Below are positions 24,366 through 32,443 of a stretch of 64,000 nucleotides of DNA, piece after piece. This stretch comes from Candidatus Latescibacterota bacterium (GTDB lineage: Bacteria; Latescibacterota; UBA2968; UBA8231): assembly GCA_965217585.1 (NCBI GenBank), contig OZ244561.1:1824001-1888000 (forward strand), read 5' to 3'. Numbering within the stretch: position 1 is the first letter of the stretch; every line of letters starts with the position of its first letter. Under the pieces are notes generated by a model. It was not told where the DNA came from. It made no database searches and was given only the letters and a program-made list of their open reading frames with translations. The position numbers and the translations under genes are program-made.

Positions 24366-25769
24366 CTAGGGTACTCTTTTACAAGCTTCATCAAAGCCGA
24401 GGTTGCAGGCCTTCAGGAAATACCTGGCCGCACCCGATGGTGACCTCTGGATGATCTTGCCCTCATCTAGGATCACGGCTAGTTCACTACAAGCCTCGCC
24501 AACGTCTTGATTGTTGCAGTCGCCTGCCAGTTCGATTATCAGATTCCGGCAACCGTTCCGCGATCCATCGTTGCATTCCTGACGCCAGAATGATATTTTT
24601 TCACCTTCGCGTTCCTTGCCCAGAAATTCCGTCGAATAGAGAAAGAAAAAAAACAATGCCCAAATACCGATGTGGGCAATATTTGATTGAATGACACGGC
24701 GAAGGCCGTATAGTGAAGAAATTCGCAGAAACCTGTTCTCGATTAACCCGCTCCATCGATCGAGTATTTGAATTACCAGATTGAGAAAAGGCACGCACAG
24801 CAACTTGTCGTAAAATGATGGGGCTTGTATCCATTCCAGCATTCCGTACAGGGCGAACACAGAGACTCCGTACAGGGATCCGAATATCATCCGGCCCAAC
24901 CCAGAACGCGGCGACGTCGAAGGATCGGTTACCAGCAAATGAAGACCGAGGAAGACGGCAATAGGGATGTTGATATCTATAAAATAATAGACGCCGGTCG
25001 CACTGGTATAAATTACGTTCAGAAGATATAGCGCGGTTACGGCAGCCAGTGTCATCAAGGTGACTGAGAAGAAATACTGAACGACCAGACCCAGCAGAAA
25101 TATCACTACATAGATGGAGTCTGGGCTGAGCAATGTCTTGGCGATTTCTCTACCCCAGGTAAGCTCGGTATTTCCAGTTGCAAGTAAACCGATGGAAAAA
25201 ACCGTGAGAGAAAAGCCGGAAGGGTTGAAAATATGGGTAACACGACCGTCCTTGGTCCATCTGAAAAATTCTTTCCCCAATTGTCCGACCGCAATCATCG
25301 CAAATTGCCAGATAAACCAGTCGTCTTTGAACCATAAAAACAGATTCGTACTTAACACAATCGGGAATTGCCCGAAACCTAGGATCCACTGGCTTCTTCT
25401 GGACCAGCAAAGTAGCATATCAAATACATAGGCAAACACTAACTGAGCTAGAATCAGTGTAGCCTGATCGTAGACACTGCGCCAGTACCATCCCCAGTAG
25501 AGATAAATACACAATTGTACCATTGCCTGAACATAATGCGCCCTGGTAATACGAATCTGAATTTCCAGCGACCGACCGACCGCCGCCGAGCGGTACAATA
25601 GCCACAATTGCCAAATAAGCAGCGATAAAGAGACCCCCCAGAAACTCCAGCGCAACTGGATATTCACATAAATTTCTGGATCTAACAAGAAGAGCATCAA
25701 ACACAGGGTCAAAAAAAACGGCAACTTGAAAGCGGACGGTATGTGAAACCGGTTGTCGTCAGTAGACAT
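24366..25769 (-). CDS. UnbU/RnfD-like multi-pass membrane protein with C-terminal Cys-rich Sel1-like repeats
   Basis: HIFNPSGF and TDPSTSP motifs of the RnfD/NqrB/UnbU family; about 10 TM segments; ACSEL...AARYFLKACNLGFDEAC tail. Confidence 0.7.
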   Translation of the reverse strand: MSTDDNRFHIPSAFKLPFFLTLCLMLFLLDPEIYVNIQLRWSFWGVSLSLLIWQLWLLYRSAAVGRSLEIQIRITRAHYVQAMVQLCIYLYWGWYWRSVYDQATLILAQLVFAYVFDMLLCWSRRSQWILGFGQFPIVLSTNLFLWFKDDWFIWQFAMIAVGQLGKEFFRWTKDGRVTHIFNPSGFSLTVFSIGLLATGNTELTWGREIAKTLLSPDSIYVVIFLLGLVVQYFFSVTLMTLAAVTALYLLNVIYTSATGVYYFIDINIPIAVFLGLHLLVTDPSTSPRSGLGRMIFGSLYGVSVFALYGMLEWIQAPSFYDKLLCVPFLNLVIQILDRWSGLIENRFLRISSLYGLRRVIQSNIAHIGIWALFFFFLYSTEFLGKEREGEKISFWRQECNDGSRNGCRNLIIELAGDCNNQDVGEACSELAVILDEGKIIQRSPSGAARYFLKACNLGFDEACKRVP

Positions 25770-25794
25770 CAGCTATCTTTCACATCAACCCTTC

Positions 25795-25989
25795 TTACTG
25801 ACCCCGCCCCCGTCCGGTCACTTCCCAGATGTCCACCACCTCTCTGTTGAGCATGGGGTACAGGCGATCGTGGAGGTTGGTGGTCATGCCTCCGTGGAGG
25901 GGATGCACTTCGCCCACTTTGAATTTGTGGGATGATTGGGTGATATCTACATGTCCGTGTTCCACGGACATGCCTTTGACAACTAAACC
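25795..25989 (-). pseudogene. C-terminal remnant of a D-threonine aldolase/DSD1-like PLP enzyme
   Basis: Translates GLVVKGMSVEHGHV...KVGEVHPLHGGMTTNLHDRLY...VVDIWEVTGRG-stop; cut upstream by a MITE. Confidence 0.65.
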
Positions 25990-26121
25990 GTATCGGTCTT
26001 AAAACCCGGCTCAGGTAACGATTCGCTTGAGTAACAGATGGATTATGGCAATATGGATAGGTCGCCTAAAGTACGTCCTTCCAAGGCCTTTCTATACCAG
26101 AACGAGTTTTGAGACGGCTTC
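25990..26121. mobile_element. MITE-like element with IS5-type terminal inverted repeats
   Basis: Degenerate left IR gtatcggtcttaaaacccgg and right IR (rc GAAGCCGTCTCAAAACTCG) followed by TTA; about 60 bp inverted homology to 30132-30190. Confidence 0.7.
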
Positions 26122-26154
26122 TTAGAAGTTAACCGGCGGCGGTAATGTCTGGGG

Positions 26155-28119
26155 TTAGGTGAGCCCTAGCTGATTCCCTTTCATGCCGGTGAAATGATCG
26201 ATGATCAGCCATATTCCCATGACCACGAATTGACCGGCGATCAGCCCCAGGAAAAAGGGGCGGGCCTTGGTGAACAGCCTGGGCCCGCCGTACTTCAGAA
26301 TGACCAGTTTGGATAACCAGGCTATGAAGACACTGACCCATACGGTCAACACGGGATAGCCGAGCACACTGATTGGAAAGCCAAGCGGATGCAGAGGCCA
26401 CCACAGGTAGTGCCGCCGGGCGATCATGAGAAGAGACATCAGAGCGGCCCCTATTCCTTTGAATATCCACCCTCCCGGATGTGGATCAACCGGCGAGTTT
26501 ATCACCTGGCTGGCAAACTCAAAGGGATACTTTGCGCCGGGGATGAAACTCCATCTGCCCTGACCGACGAAGTTTATGCCCCCGTGTTCATAAGCCTGAC
26601 TGACGAGCAGCCAGAAGGAAGACACGAACGTCACGACGATGGCCAGCATCATCGACCAAAATATCAGCCGCTTTGGTTTGCCTGGACTCGTCACGGAGAT
26701 GAGTTTTAGTCCGTTGGCAGAGGAAGCCATAACGAAGGTGCTGATGTCGGCGGACCAGATAAATGTGAAAGCCAGCGACAAAAGGTCCCCCGATCCGAGC
26801 GCTGAGCTGCCCACGCTGAGGATGAGGAAATCGCTGCCAATCATCGGGGATCTGGCCACGGCCACCCCGCCCTGAACGACGATGCGCGTCAAGCCCAGGT
26901 ACGCGATAAAGGTGCCGAACAGGAAGAGGAGGATGAACCACCAAGTAGAAAGACCCGATTTCCAGAGCCAGATCGACATGACCAGGAGTCCCCCCACCAA
27001 ACCCAGAACGGCCGCTCTGTATGAGAGAATCTCTTCGCCGTCGTCTTCGCCGTCGTCCTTGCCCAGCGCGGCTCTCCAGACGCCCTTCAGGTGCTTCCGC
27101 CCCACCCACAGCCCGAACAATACGAGCACGATCATGGCACCCATGCCCTGATGGGCCAAGAAGGGGTAGGCGGGCAAACCGTACGCACTGCTGATTTCGG
27201 GGCTATGGAAGCCGATGGTGTCGAAGAGTCCTTTCTCCAGGACGGCCAGCAGGTTGAAGACCCAGAGTCCCAGGGCGATATCGAGATTGATTAGATAGGA
27301 GAAGCCGATGGTCGGGAAGCTCAGGTAGAAGGGGAGCGCCTGCGTTCCCCCAAAAATGGACACTTGGTAGCTCAGCGGGACCTCCGGCAGATATCCATAG
27401 TAATCGTGCAGTGCGTTTACCGACTGAATGGTGAACGGAATGAGGAATCCCGCCCACATCAGCTTGCTCTTGAAAAAGGAGTTGATAACGCCCGACGTTT
27501 CCTCGCCCTTGATAATATCGAGGGGTACCTGGACGATGGGATAGATCAGGCGTTCGTGGTCCATCCACTGTTTTCGCAGGATTACGGTCATGCAGATCAT
27601 CGTCAGAAACAAAGCCAACACAAAGATACCCCAAGCCAACAACGGCATGACCCATAGATCCCAGGGGACGCTCGCGCCTTTGGGAAGCCCCTCGTATAGC
27701 CCCTTGGCCGCAGCGGGGTCGGGAACCATCCAGGCGGGGATAATCGGCTGGATGCTTTCGACCCAGTTGTTCTCCGGGGTAGCGTAGTAGAAGGGCGCTG
27801 TCAGGACGGGTGGTATATAACCCATCAGCCCCACCGTAGGGATCGTGGAGGCGATCATCATCATTACATAGATCACTGCCAACTCCCCGCCCTTCAGCGC
27901 AGAGGACCGCCTGACGATCCGCAGAAGGGTGTTTACACCCCCCACCAGAAAGAAGAACAGAAAGAAGCCAGCCCCTGTGGTGAAGTTCGCAGCGAGCATA
28001 GAACCGCCGATGACATTGGACCCATAGGTGGCTCCCGCGCCGACAGCGGCGCACAGTACCGTACCGATCACCAGAGACCGCAGAGTGATGCCCGACGTGT
28101 TATTGTCCAACTCACTCAT
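26155..28119 (-). CDS. OPT-like polytopic membrane transporter (DUF6785/DUF6784-type)
   Basis: GITLRSLVIG start, QWMDHERLIYPIVQVP, WWPLHPLGF and PFFLGLIAG motifs; many TM helices; ATGA overlap with upstream gene. Confidence 0.75.
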   Translation of the reverse strand: MSELDNNTSGITLRSLVIGTVLCAAVGAGATYGSNVIGGSMLAANFTTGAGFFLFFFLVGGVNTLLRIVRRSSALKGGELAVIYVMMMIASTIPTVGLMGYIPPVLTAPFYYATPENNWVESIQPIIPAWMVPDPAAAKGLYEGLPKGASVPWDLWVMPLLAWGIFVLALFLTMICMTVILRKQWMDHERLIYPIVQVPLDIIKGEETSGVINSFFKSKLMWAGFLIPFTIQSVNALHDYYGYLPEVPLSYQVSIFGGTQALPFYLSFPTIGFSYLINLDIALGLWVFNLLAVLEKGLFDTIGFHSPEISSAYGLPAYPFLAHQGMGAMIVLVLFGLWVGRKHLKGVWRAALGKDDGEDDGEEILSYRAAVLGLVGGLLVMSIWLWKSGLSTWWFILLFLFGTFIAYLGLTRIVVQGGVAVARSPMIGSDFLILSVGSSALGSGDLLSLAFTFIWSADISTFVMASSANGLKLISVTSPGKPKRLIFWSMMLAIVVTFVSSFWLLVSQAYEHGGINFVGQGRWSFIPGAKYPFEFASQVINSPVDPHPGGWIFKGIGAALMSLLMIARRHYLWWPLHPLGFPISVLGYPVLTVWVSVFIAWLSKLVILKYGGPRLFTKARPFFLGLIAGQFVVMGIWLIIDHFTGMKGNQLGLT

Positions 28120-29852
28120 ATCCCGCCCCCTTGAATCGACTGCCTCCGTCCTGTGCTGGATTTCGGTATCTCTGCATCTGGCGGTGTAGAAAGGGCCGAT
28201 TCCGCTTCCTCGATTATGTTGTAGGTATTGATCGGCACATCCGCCAATCGCTGCACTATGCCACTCGGCCACCGCACTTCCACAGAATCGATACGTGTGG
28301 CCGGGCCCAGCCCGAAGTGCGCCCGGCGGTCTTCACTGCACAGAAAACTGCTGCCGCAAAGTATGTCTCGCACCTGGCTGTTGCCGCCGGCGAAGAGTCG
28401 CACCCGAGCGCCGATGGCGTCCCGGTTACTGAAAGAGCCCAACAGCTGGAAGGCCACCCAGTTTTGGCTGTTGCCGGCATCGTTTCGCAGCATAACAGGG
28501 CGATCGTTGAGGTTGGAGACGAAGAGGTCGAGATCCCCATCGTCGTCGAGATCCCCTGCACAGGAACCTCGGCTGACCCGCATCGTCGCCGTGTCGTCGG
28601 TCACAGGAGATAGCAGAGCGAAGCTTCCATTGCCCAGATTTTCAAACAGATGATCCGCTTGGGCGTAGGTAGCGCCGGTGCCGCCCGTGCCGATGGCCGG
28701 ATAGACATGCCCATTGGCGACGAAGATATCGAGATCGCCGTCGTTGTCAAAATCCATAAAATTCGTGCCGAAACCGACGTAGTTGAGACTCGGTTGCGCA
28801 ACTCCGGCGGCGAAACTGACATCTGTGAAGCGACCTCCTCCGTTATTGTGGTACAGAGTATTGTAATCATCCTCGAAATTCGTGACGAAAATGTCAGGGC
28901 ACCCGTCGCCGTTGAAGTCGCCCCAGCTAGCTCCCATGCCGGCCTGTGAATTCCCCATCTCCCCGTAGGCGGTACTGGTGCGGAGAGACTGGTCGCTGAA
29001 TCTGCCCGAGCCCTCGTTGCGAAAAAGAAAATTGGGGCTCGAGTCATTCGCCACGAAGATATCCGGGTCTCCGTCGTCGTCGTAGTCGGCAAAGAGCACG
29101 GCGAATCCATACCCCGGTGTCGGCACTTTGAGGTCGACCTCAGCGGTCATATCGACAAAAGTGCCGTCTCCCCGATTGCGATAGAACACATCGGGCACTG
29201 GCTCGAGCCCGAGGGGGCCCACGAAAGCAGCTACTCCCTTCCACTGGGTTCCTAGGGGGGCGATTTCACTGGTGTCGAGAACGGCGTAACTGGCCACGTA
29301 GAGGTCGAGATCCCCGTCGAGGTCGTAGTCGGCAAAAGCGCCCCCGGTGCTCCATCGCGACATGGCTACGTCGGCCAAGCCGGAGACGTCGGCGAAACCT
29401 CTTTCACGTCCGTCATTGCGATAGAGGATATTATCCCGCAGGTTGGTCACATAGAGGTCAGCGTCTCCATCGTTATCGTAATCGGCGCTAATTGCGCCCA
29501 TGCCCCAGCCTCTTCCCAGTACCTTCTGGGCTGCGGCTACGTCGGCAAATCCTCCTGTGGCATCATTGCGATACAGGGCGTTGCCCGCACCACTGTCAGG
29601 TGCTTCAAGGGTGGTGCCATTGACCCAGTAAATATCCAGATCGCCATCGTCATCAAAATCCAAGAGGGCAGCTCCGCCGCCCTTTGCCTCGATGATGTAA
29701 TGCTTCTCGGGCCCGCCGCCCGTGTGCGGCCTAGTCAGTCCGAGATGGGGTGCCACATCGACAAAACGGCCCGAGGAGGGAGATGGATCGTCGATTTCGG
29801 GTGCCGAGCAATTGGCGAGGAAGAGTACGAACCAGATGAGCAGTAGGGTAAC
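28116..29852 (-). CDS. ASPIC/UnbV (CRTAC1-like) FG-GAP repeat lipoprotein; start uncertain
   Basis: Repeated D(F/Y)DxDGDxDL motifs; C-terminal SNRDAIGARV...HFGLG...VEVRWPSG; in-frame lipoprotein signal upstream of the tracked GTG29756. Confidence 0.85.
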   Translation of the reverse strand, partial: VTLLLIWFVLFLANCSAPEIDDPSPSSGRFVDVAPHLGLTRPHTGGGPEKHYIIEAKGGGAALLDFDDDGDLDIYWVNGTTLEAPDSGAGNALYRNDATGGFADVAAAQKVLGRGWGMGAISADYDNDGDADLYVTNLRDNILYRNDGRERGFADVSGLADVAMSRWSTGGAFADYDLDGDLDLYVASYAVLDTSEIAPLGTQWKGVAAFVGPLGLEPVPDVFYRNRGDGTFVDMTAEVDLKVPTPGYGFAVLFADYDDDGDPDIFVANDSSPNFLFRNEGSGRFSDQSLRTSTAYGEMGNSQAGMGASWGDFNGDGCPDIFVTNFEDDYNTLYHNNGGGRFTDVSFAAGVAQPSLNYVGFGTNFMDFDNDGDLDIFVANGHVYPAIGTGGTGATYAQADHLFENLGNGSFALLSPVTDDTATMRVSRGSCAGDLDDDGDLDLFVSNLNDRPVMLRNDAGNSQNWVAFQLLGSFSNRDAIGARVRLFAGGNSQVRDILCGSSFLCSEDRRAHFGLGPATRIDSVEVRWPSGIVQRLADVPINTYNIIEEAESALSTPPDAEIPKSSTGRRQSIQGGGI

Positions 29853-29957
29853 GGTAGATTCCTCCTCGCAGGGGGATTTGAATATCTATAATTCAAGCAA
29901 TATAGACCGATTTATTGTAGCTGATCAATTATTTTTTCTATATATTATTTGCTTTAA

Positions 29958-30201
29958 GACGCTGTCTTAAGACCAATGCGGTTTAGTAAGCATGACAATA
30001 GCTTAGTGATTGGTTTTAAGACAGCTTTGGGGGTCGGCAAGGACTTGCCGAAAGCGTATTCACCGACCCCCTTCAGGTTTCGAACAAGAACCCTGAGCGA
30101 AAAACCTCCGATGTGAGTACGCCCGATCAATTATCCACATTGCCATGATCCATCAGTTACTCAAGCGAACCGCCACCTGAGCCGGGTTTTCAGACAGCAT
30201 C
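29958..30201. mobile_element. MITE-like element flanked by TAA/TAA, with an extra internal IR
   Basis: TAA-GACGCTGTCTTAAGACCA ... (rc) GATGCTGTCTGAAAACCCGG-TAA; internal IR at 30011-30028. Confidence 0.7.
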
Positions 30202-30234
30202 TAAGAACTTTGCAAAAGCCGCCGGAGTGTTGCG

Positions 30235-32358
30235 ATGATCGGATCGAGTCATTTGCAGCGTTACCTATCAATTATGCTAGGGCTAATCTGGTTCTTTTTT
30301 GAGCCGCTGGCCGCCGTCGAGTCGGTCTCCATCGGCCAAGGCGGCGATTTTGACTGGCGGTTCAACGGCTCGGCCGCCATCAACACGATCCAGGCCGAAT
30401 ATCTCGCGCCATCAGATCCCGACAATATAGGGGCGACGCCCGATTTTCTGCTGGGCAATACCCCCGGTGACCTGCTCGAAATTGACGATCCCGACCCGCC
30501 GCTGAGTATCCATCCCGTCCGCATCCAAGAGTGCCTTGAGGGCACCTGTCCGGAGGCGAATATCGCCGACGCCACAGTGGAGCGAGGGGGCAAGTTCCGA
30601 GTGCCCACCTTTACCTCCTTCTCTCTTCAGTACAAGACCAGTGATTTCGAGACCGACCTAGAGGAGGTCATTTCCAGCCAGCCTGGCGGCGAAGAGGGGG
30701 CAATCGAGTTCAAGAGTCGGAATGCCTTCGGGCAGCTACTTATACTCGACATGGGAGCTCGCTTCGGGGTCAATCGGATCCGTTTCTACCCCCGCGACAC
30801 CGTCCAGAAATCGCCCGGAACTCCCTTTGCCAGTGACTTTCTGAGGGCCTACGAGTCGTTCACCAATGACGGCGTAGACCTGACGCAGGCGGGGAACCAG
30901 ATTTGGGTGCCCCTCAATTCCGAAACCGACAACAAGCAGCCTGTTGTCGACATCCTCGTCGATCCGCCCAGATACGTGCAGTCAATCCGCCTGAAGTCTC
31001 TGACCCAGTTCGAGTTTGAGATCGACGAGATCGAAGTATATGGTCGGGGCTACCTCCCCACTGCCACCTACCTGTCGAATATCTTCGACGCCGGCGAGCC
31101 GGTTGCGTGGATCGACTTGAACTGGGTAGAGGATATAGTCGGCGATCCAGATTTTTCCGGGCTGCAGATACGCACGCGCACGGGTACGGATGATTCGCCC
31201 TTCAGGTTCACCCGCAAGTTGAGGGGCAAGCCCGGCACCGACGAGTTGTTTAGTTCATTGGAAGATACTTCTAGGGACATGACAAGGACCGAATACCAAC
31301 GCTTGCCCCAATTCGACGAGGAAGGTCGCGAGTGGGAGCCCGGCTCTGTGCAGAGCGATTTGGTCAACTGGAGTCCCTTCAGCACGCCCTTTGACGCTGC
31401 CTTTGCCAATGGCCCAAGCAGTGCTATCGTCTCGCCCAGCCCGCGTCGCTACTTTCAGTTTCAGGTGGAGTTTCAGAGCAAGGATCTGGACTCGGCGCGT
31501 ATCCTGCGCTCATTGACCTTCAATTTTTCCCAACCCATTGCCGACACCATCATCGGTGAGATCTTTCCGCGTCGGGCCGAGCCCTCGAAGTCGCTCTCCT
31601 TCGTCTACGCCCTTAGATCAAACATACAGACCCCCGGGGTTCTCGGCTTCGATACAGTGCAGATAGCCACCCAGGCTCGCATCGAGGGCATAGATCGCCT
31701 GGAGCTTCTGGACCGCGACGACCAGCTTCTGGCCGCCCGCGATTTCACCAGCCTTGATGATACACTCCTAGTAGACGGCTTCCAGATTCTCATCGCAGAG
31801 GAGGAGGCCTTTGCAGTGCGCTTTCCACTGATCCGCGAAGACGGCACCCAGTTGAGAATTCACTTCCGCACCAACCTCCTGACCTACAGCACCAATTTTT
31901 CGGCCCATGCCAGCGTTTCAAGCGAGCCTGGAGCCGCTCAGTCAATCACCTCCGGCAATGCGGCATCGCTCGGCCTAGAGGACAATCCCGATTTTTCGGG
32001 TACCACGGTCCTGAGTCCGCAGATTCTGGGCGGCAGATTACTCGCCCAAGTTGCGCTAGTGCCCGACGTCTTCACCCCCAACGGAGACGACATCAACGAT
32101 GAAGTCTCCGTGCGCTACAGCCTGCTGTCCGTGAGCGCACTCCGCCCCGTCAATATCTCGGTATACGATCTCAGCGGCCAGCTCGTACGAGTCCTGCACG
32201 ATACCCCTGAAATTAACGGACGCTACGAAGACAAGTCGTGGGATGGCCGCGACGAGAACGACCAACTCGTCGCACCGGGCGTCTATCTTGTGCGGATCTC
32301 TGTCGAGGGGGACGCCAAAGCCGACGAACTGTTGCGCCTAGTCGCCGTCGCCTATTGA
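30235..32358 (+). CDS. Secreted protein, paralog 1: discoidin-like domain plus C-terminal FlgD-Ig/CTD-like domain ending VAY
   Basis: Signal peptide; DMGARFGVNRIRFYPR, EIEVYG, TRTG...WSPFS...SPRRYFQ, GEIFP, FTPNGDDIND, YDLSG, WDGRD, PGVY, VAVAY-stop. Confidence 0.75.
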   Translation: MIGSSHLQRYLSIMLGLIWFFFEPLAAVESVSIGQGGDFDWRFNGSAAINTIQAEYLAPSDPDNIGATPDFLLGNTPGDLLEIDDPDPPLSIHPVRIQECLEGTCPEANIADATVERGGKFRVPTFTSFSLQYKTSDFETDLEEVISSQPGGEEGAIEFKSRNAFGQLLILDMGARFGVNRIRFYPRDTVQKSPGTPFASDFLRAYESFTNDGVDLTQAGNQIWVPLNSETDNKQPVVDILVDPPRYVQSIRLKSLTQFEFEIDEIEVYGRGYLPTATYLSNIFDAGEPVAWIDLNWVEDIVGDPDFSGLQIRTRTGTDDSPFRFTRKLRGKPGTDELFSSLEDTSRDMTRTEYQRLPQFDEEGREWEPGSVQSDLVNWSPFSTPFDAAFANGPSSAIVSPSPRRYFQFQVEFQSKDLDSARILRSLTFNFSQPIADTIIGEIFPRRAEPSKSLSFVYALRSNIQTPGVLGFDTVQIATQARIEGIDRLELLDRDDQLLAARDFTSLDDTLLVDGFQILIAEEEAFAVRFPLIREDGTQLRIHFRTNLLTYSTNFSAHASVSSEPGAAQSITSGNAASLGLEDNPDFSGTTVLSPQILGGRLLAQVALVPDVFTPNGDDINDEVSVRYSLLSVSALRPVNISVYDLSGQLVRVLHDTPEINGRYEDKSWDGRDENDQLVAPGVYLVRISVEGDAKADELLRLVAVAY

Positions 32359-32443
32359 CCCCACCTCACACCATCCCAATGACAACTCCAGATTGGTACG
32401 TTGTTCCAAATCGCGGGCCTGCGTACCTCGGAGTGATGGAAAT

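Noticed and set aside
25950-25972. Perfect 10-bp hairpin catgtccgtg-ttc-cacggacatg as a terminator
   Set aside because: Lies within the pseudogene's coding motif and lacks a clear U-tract
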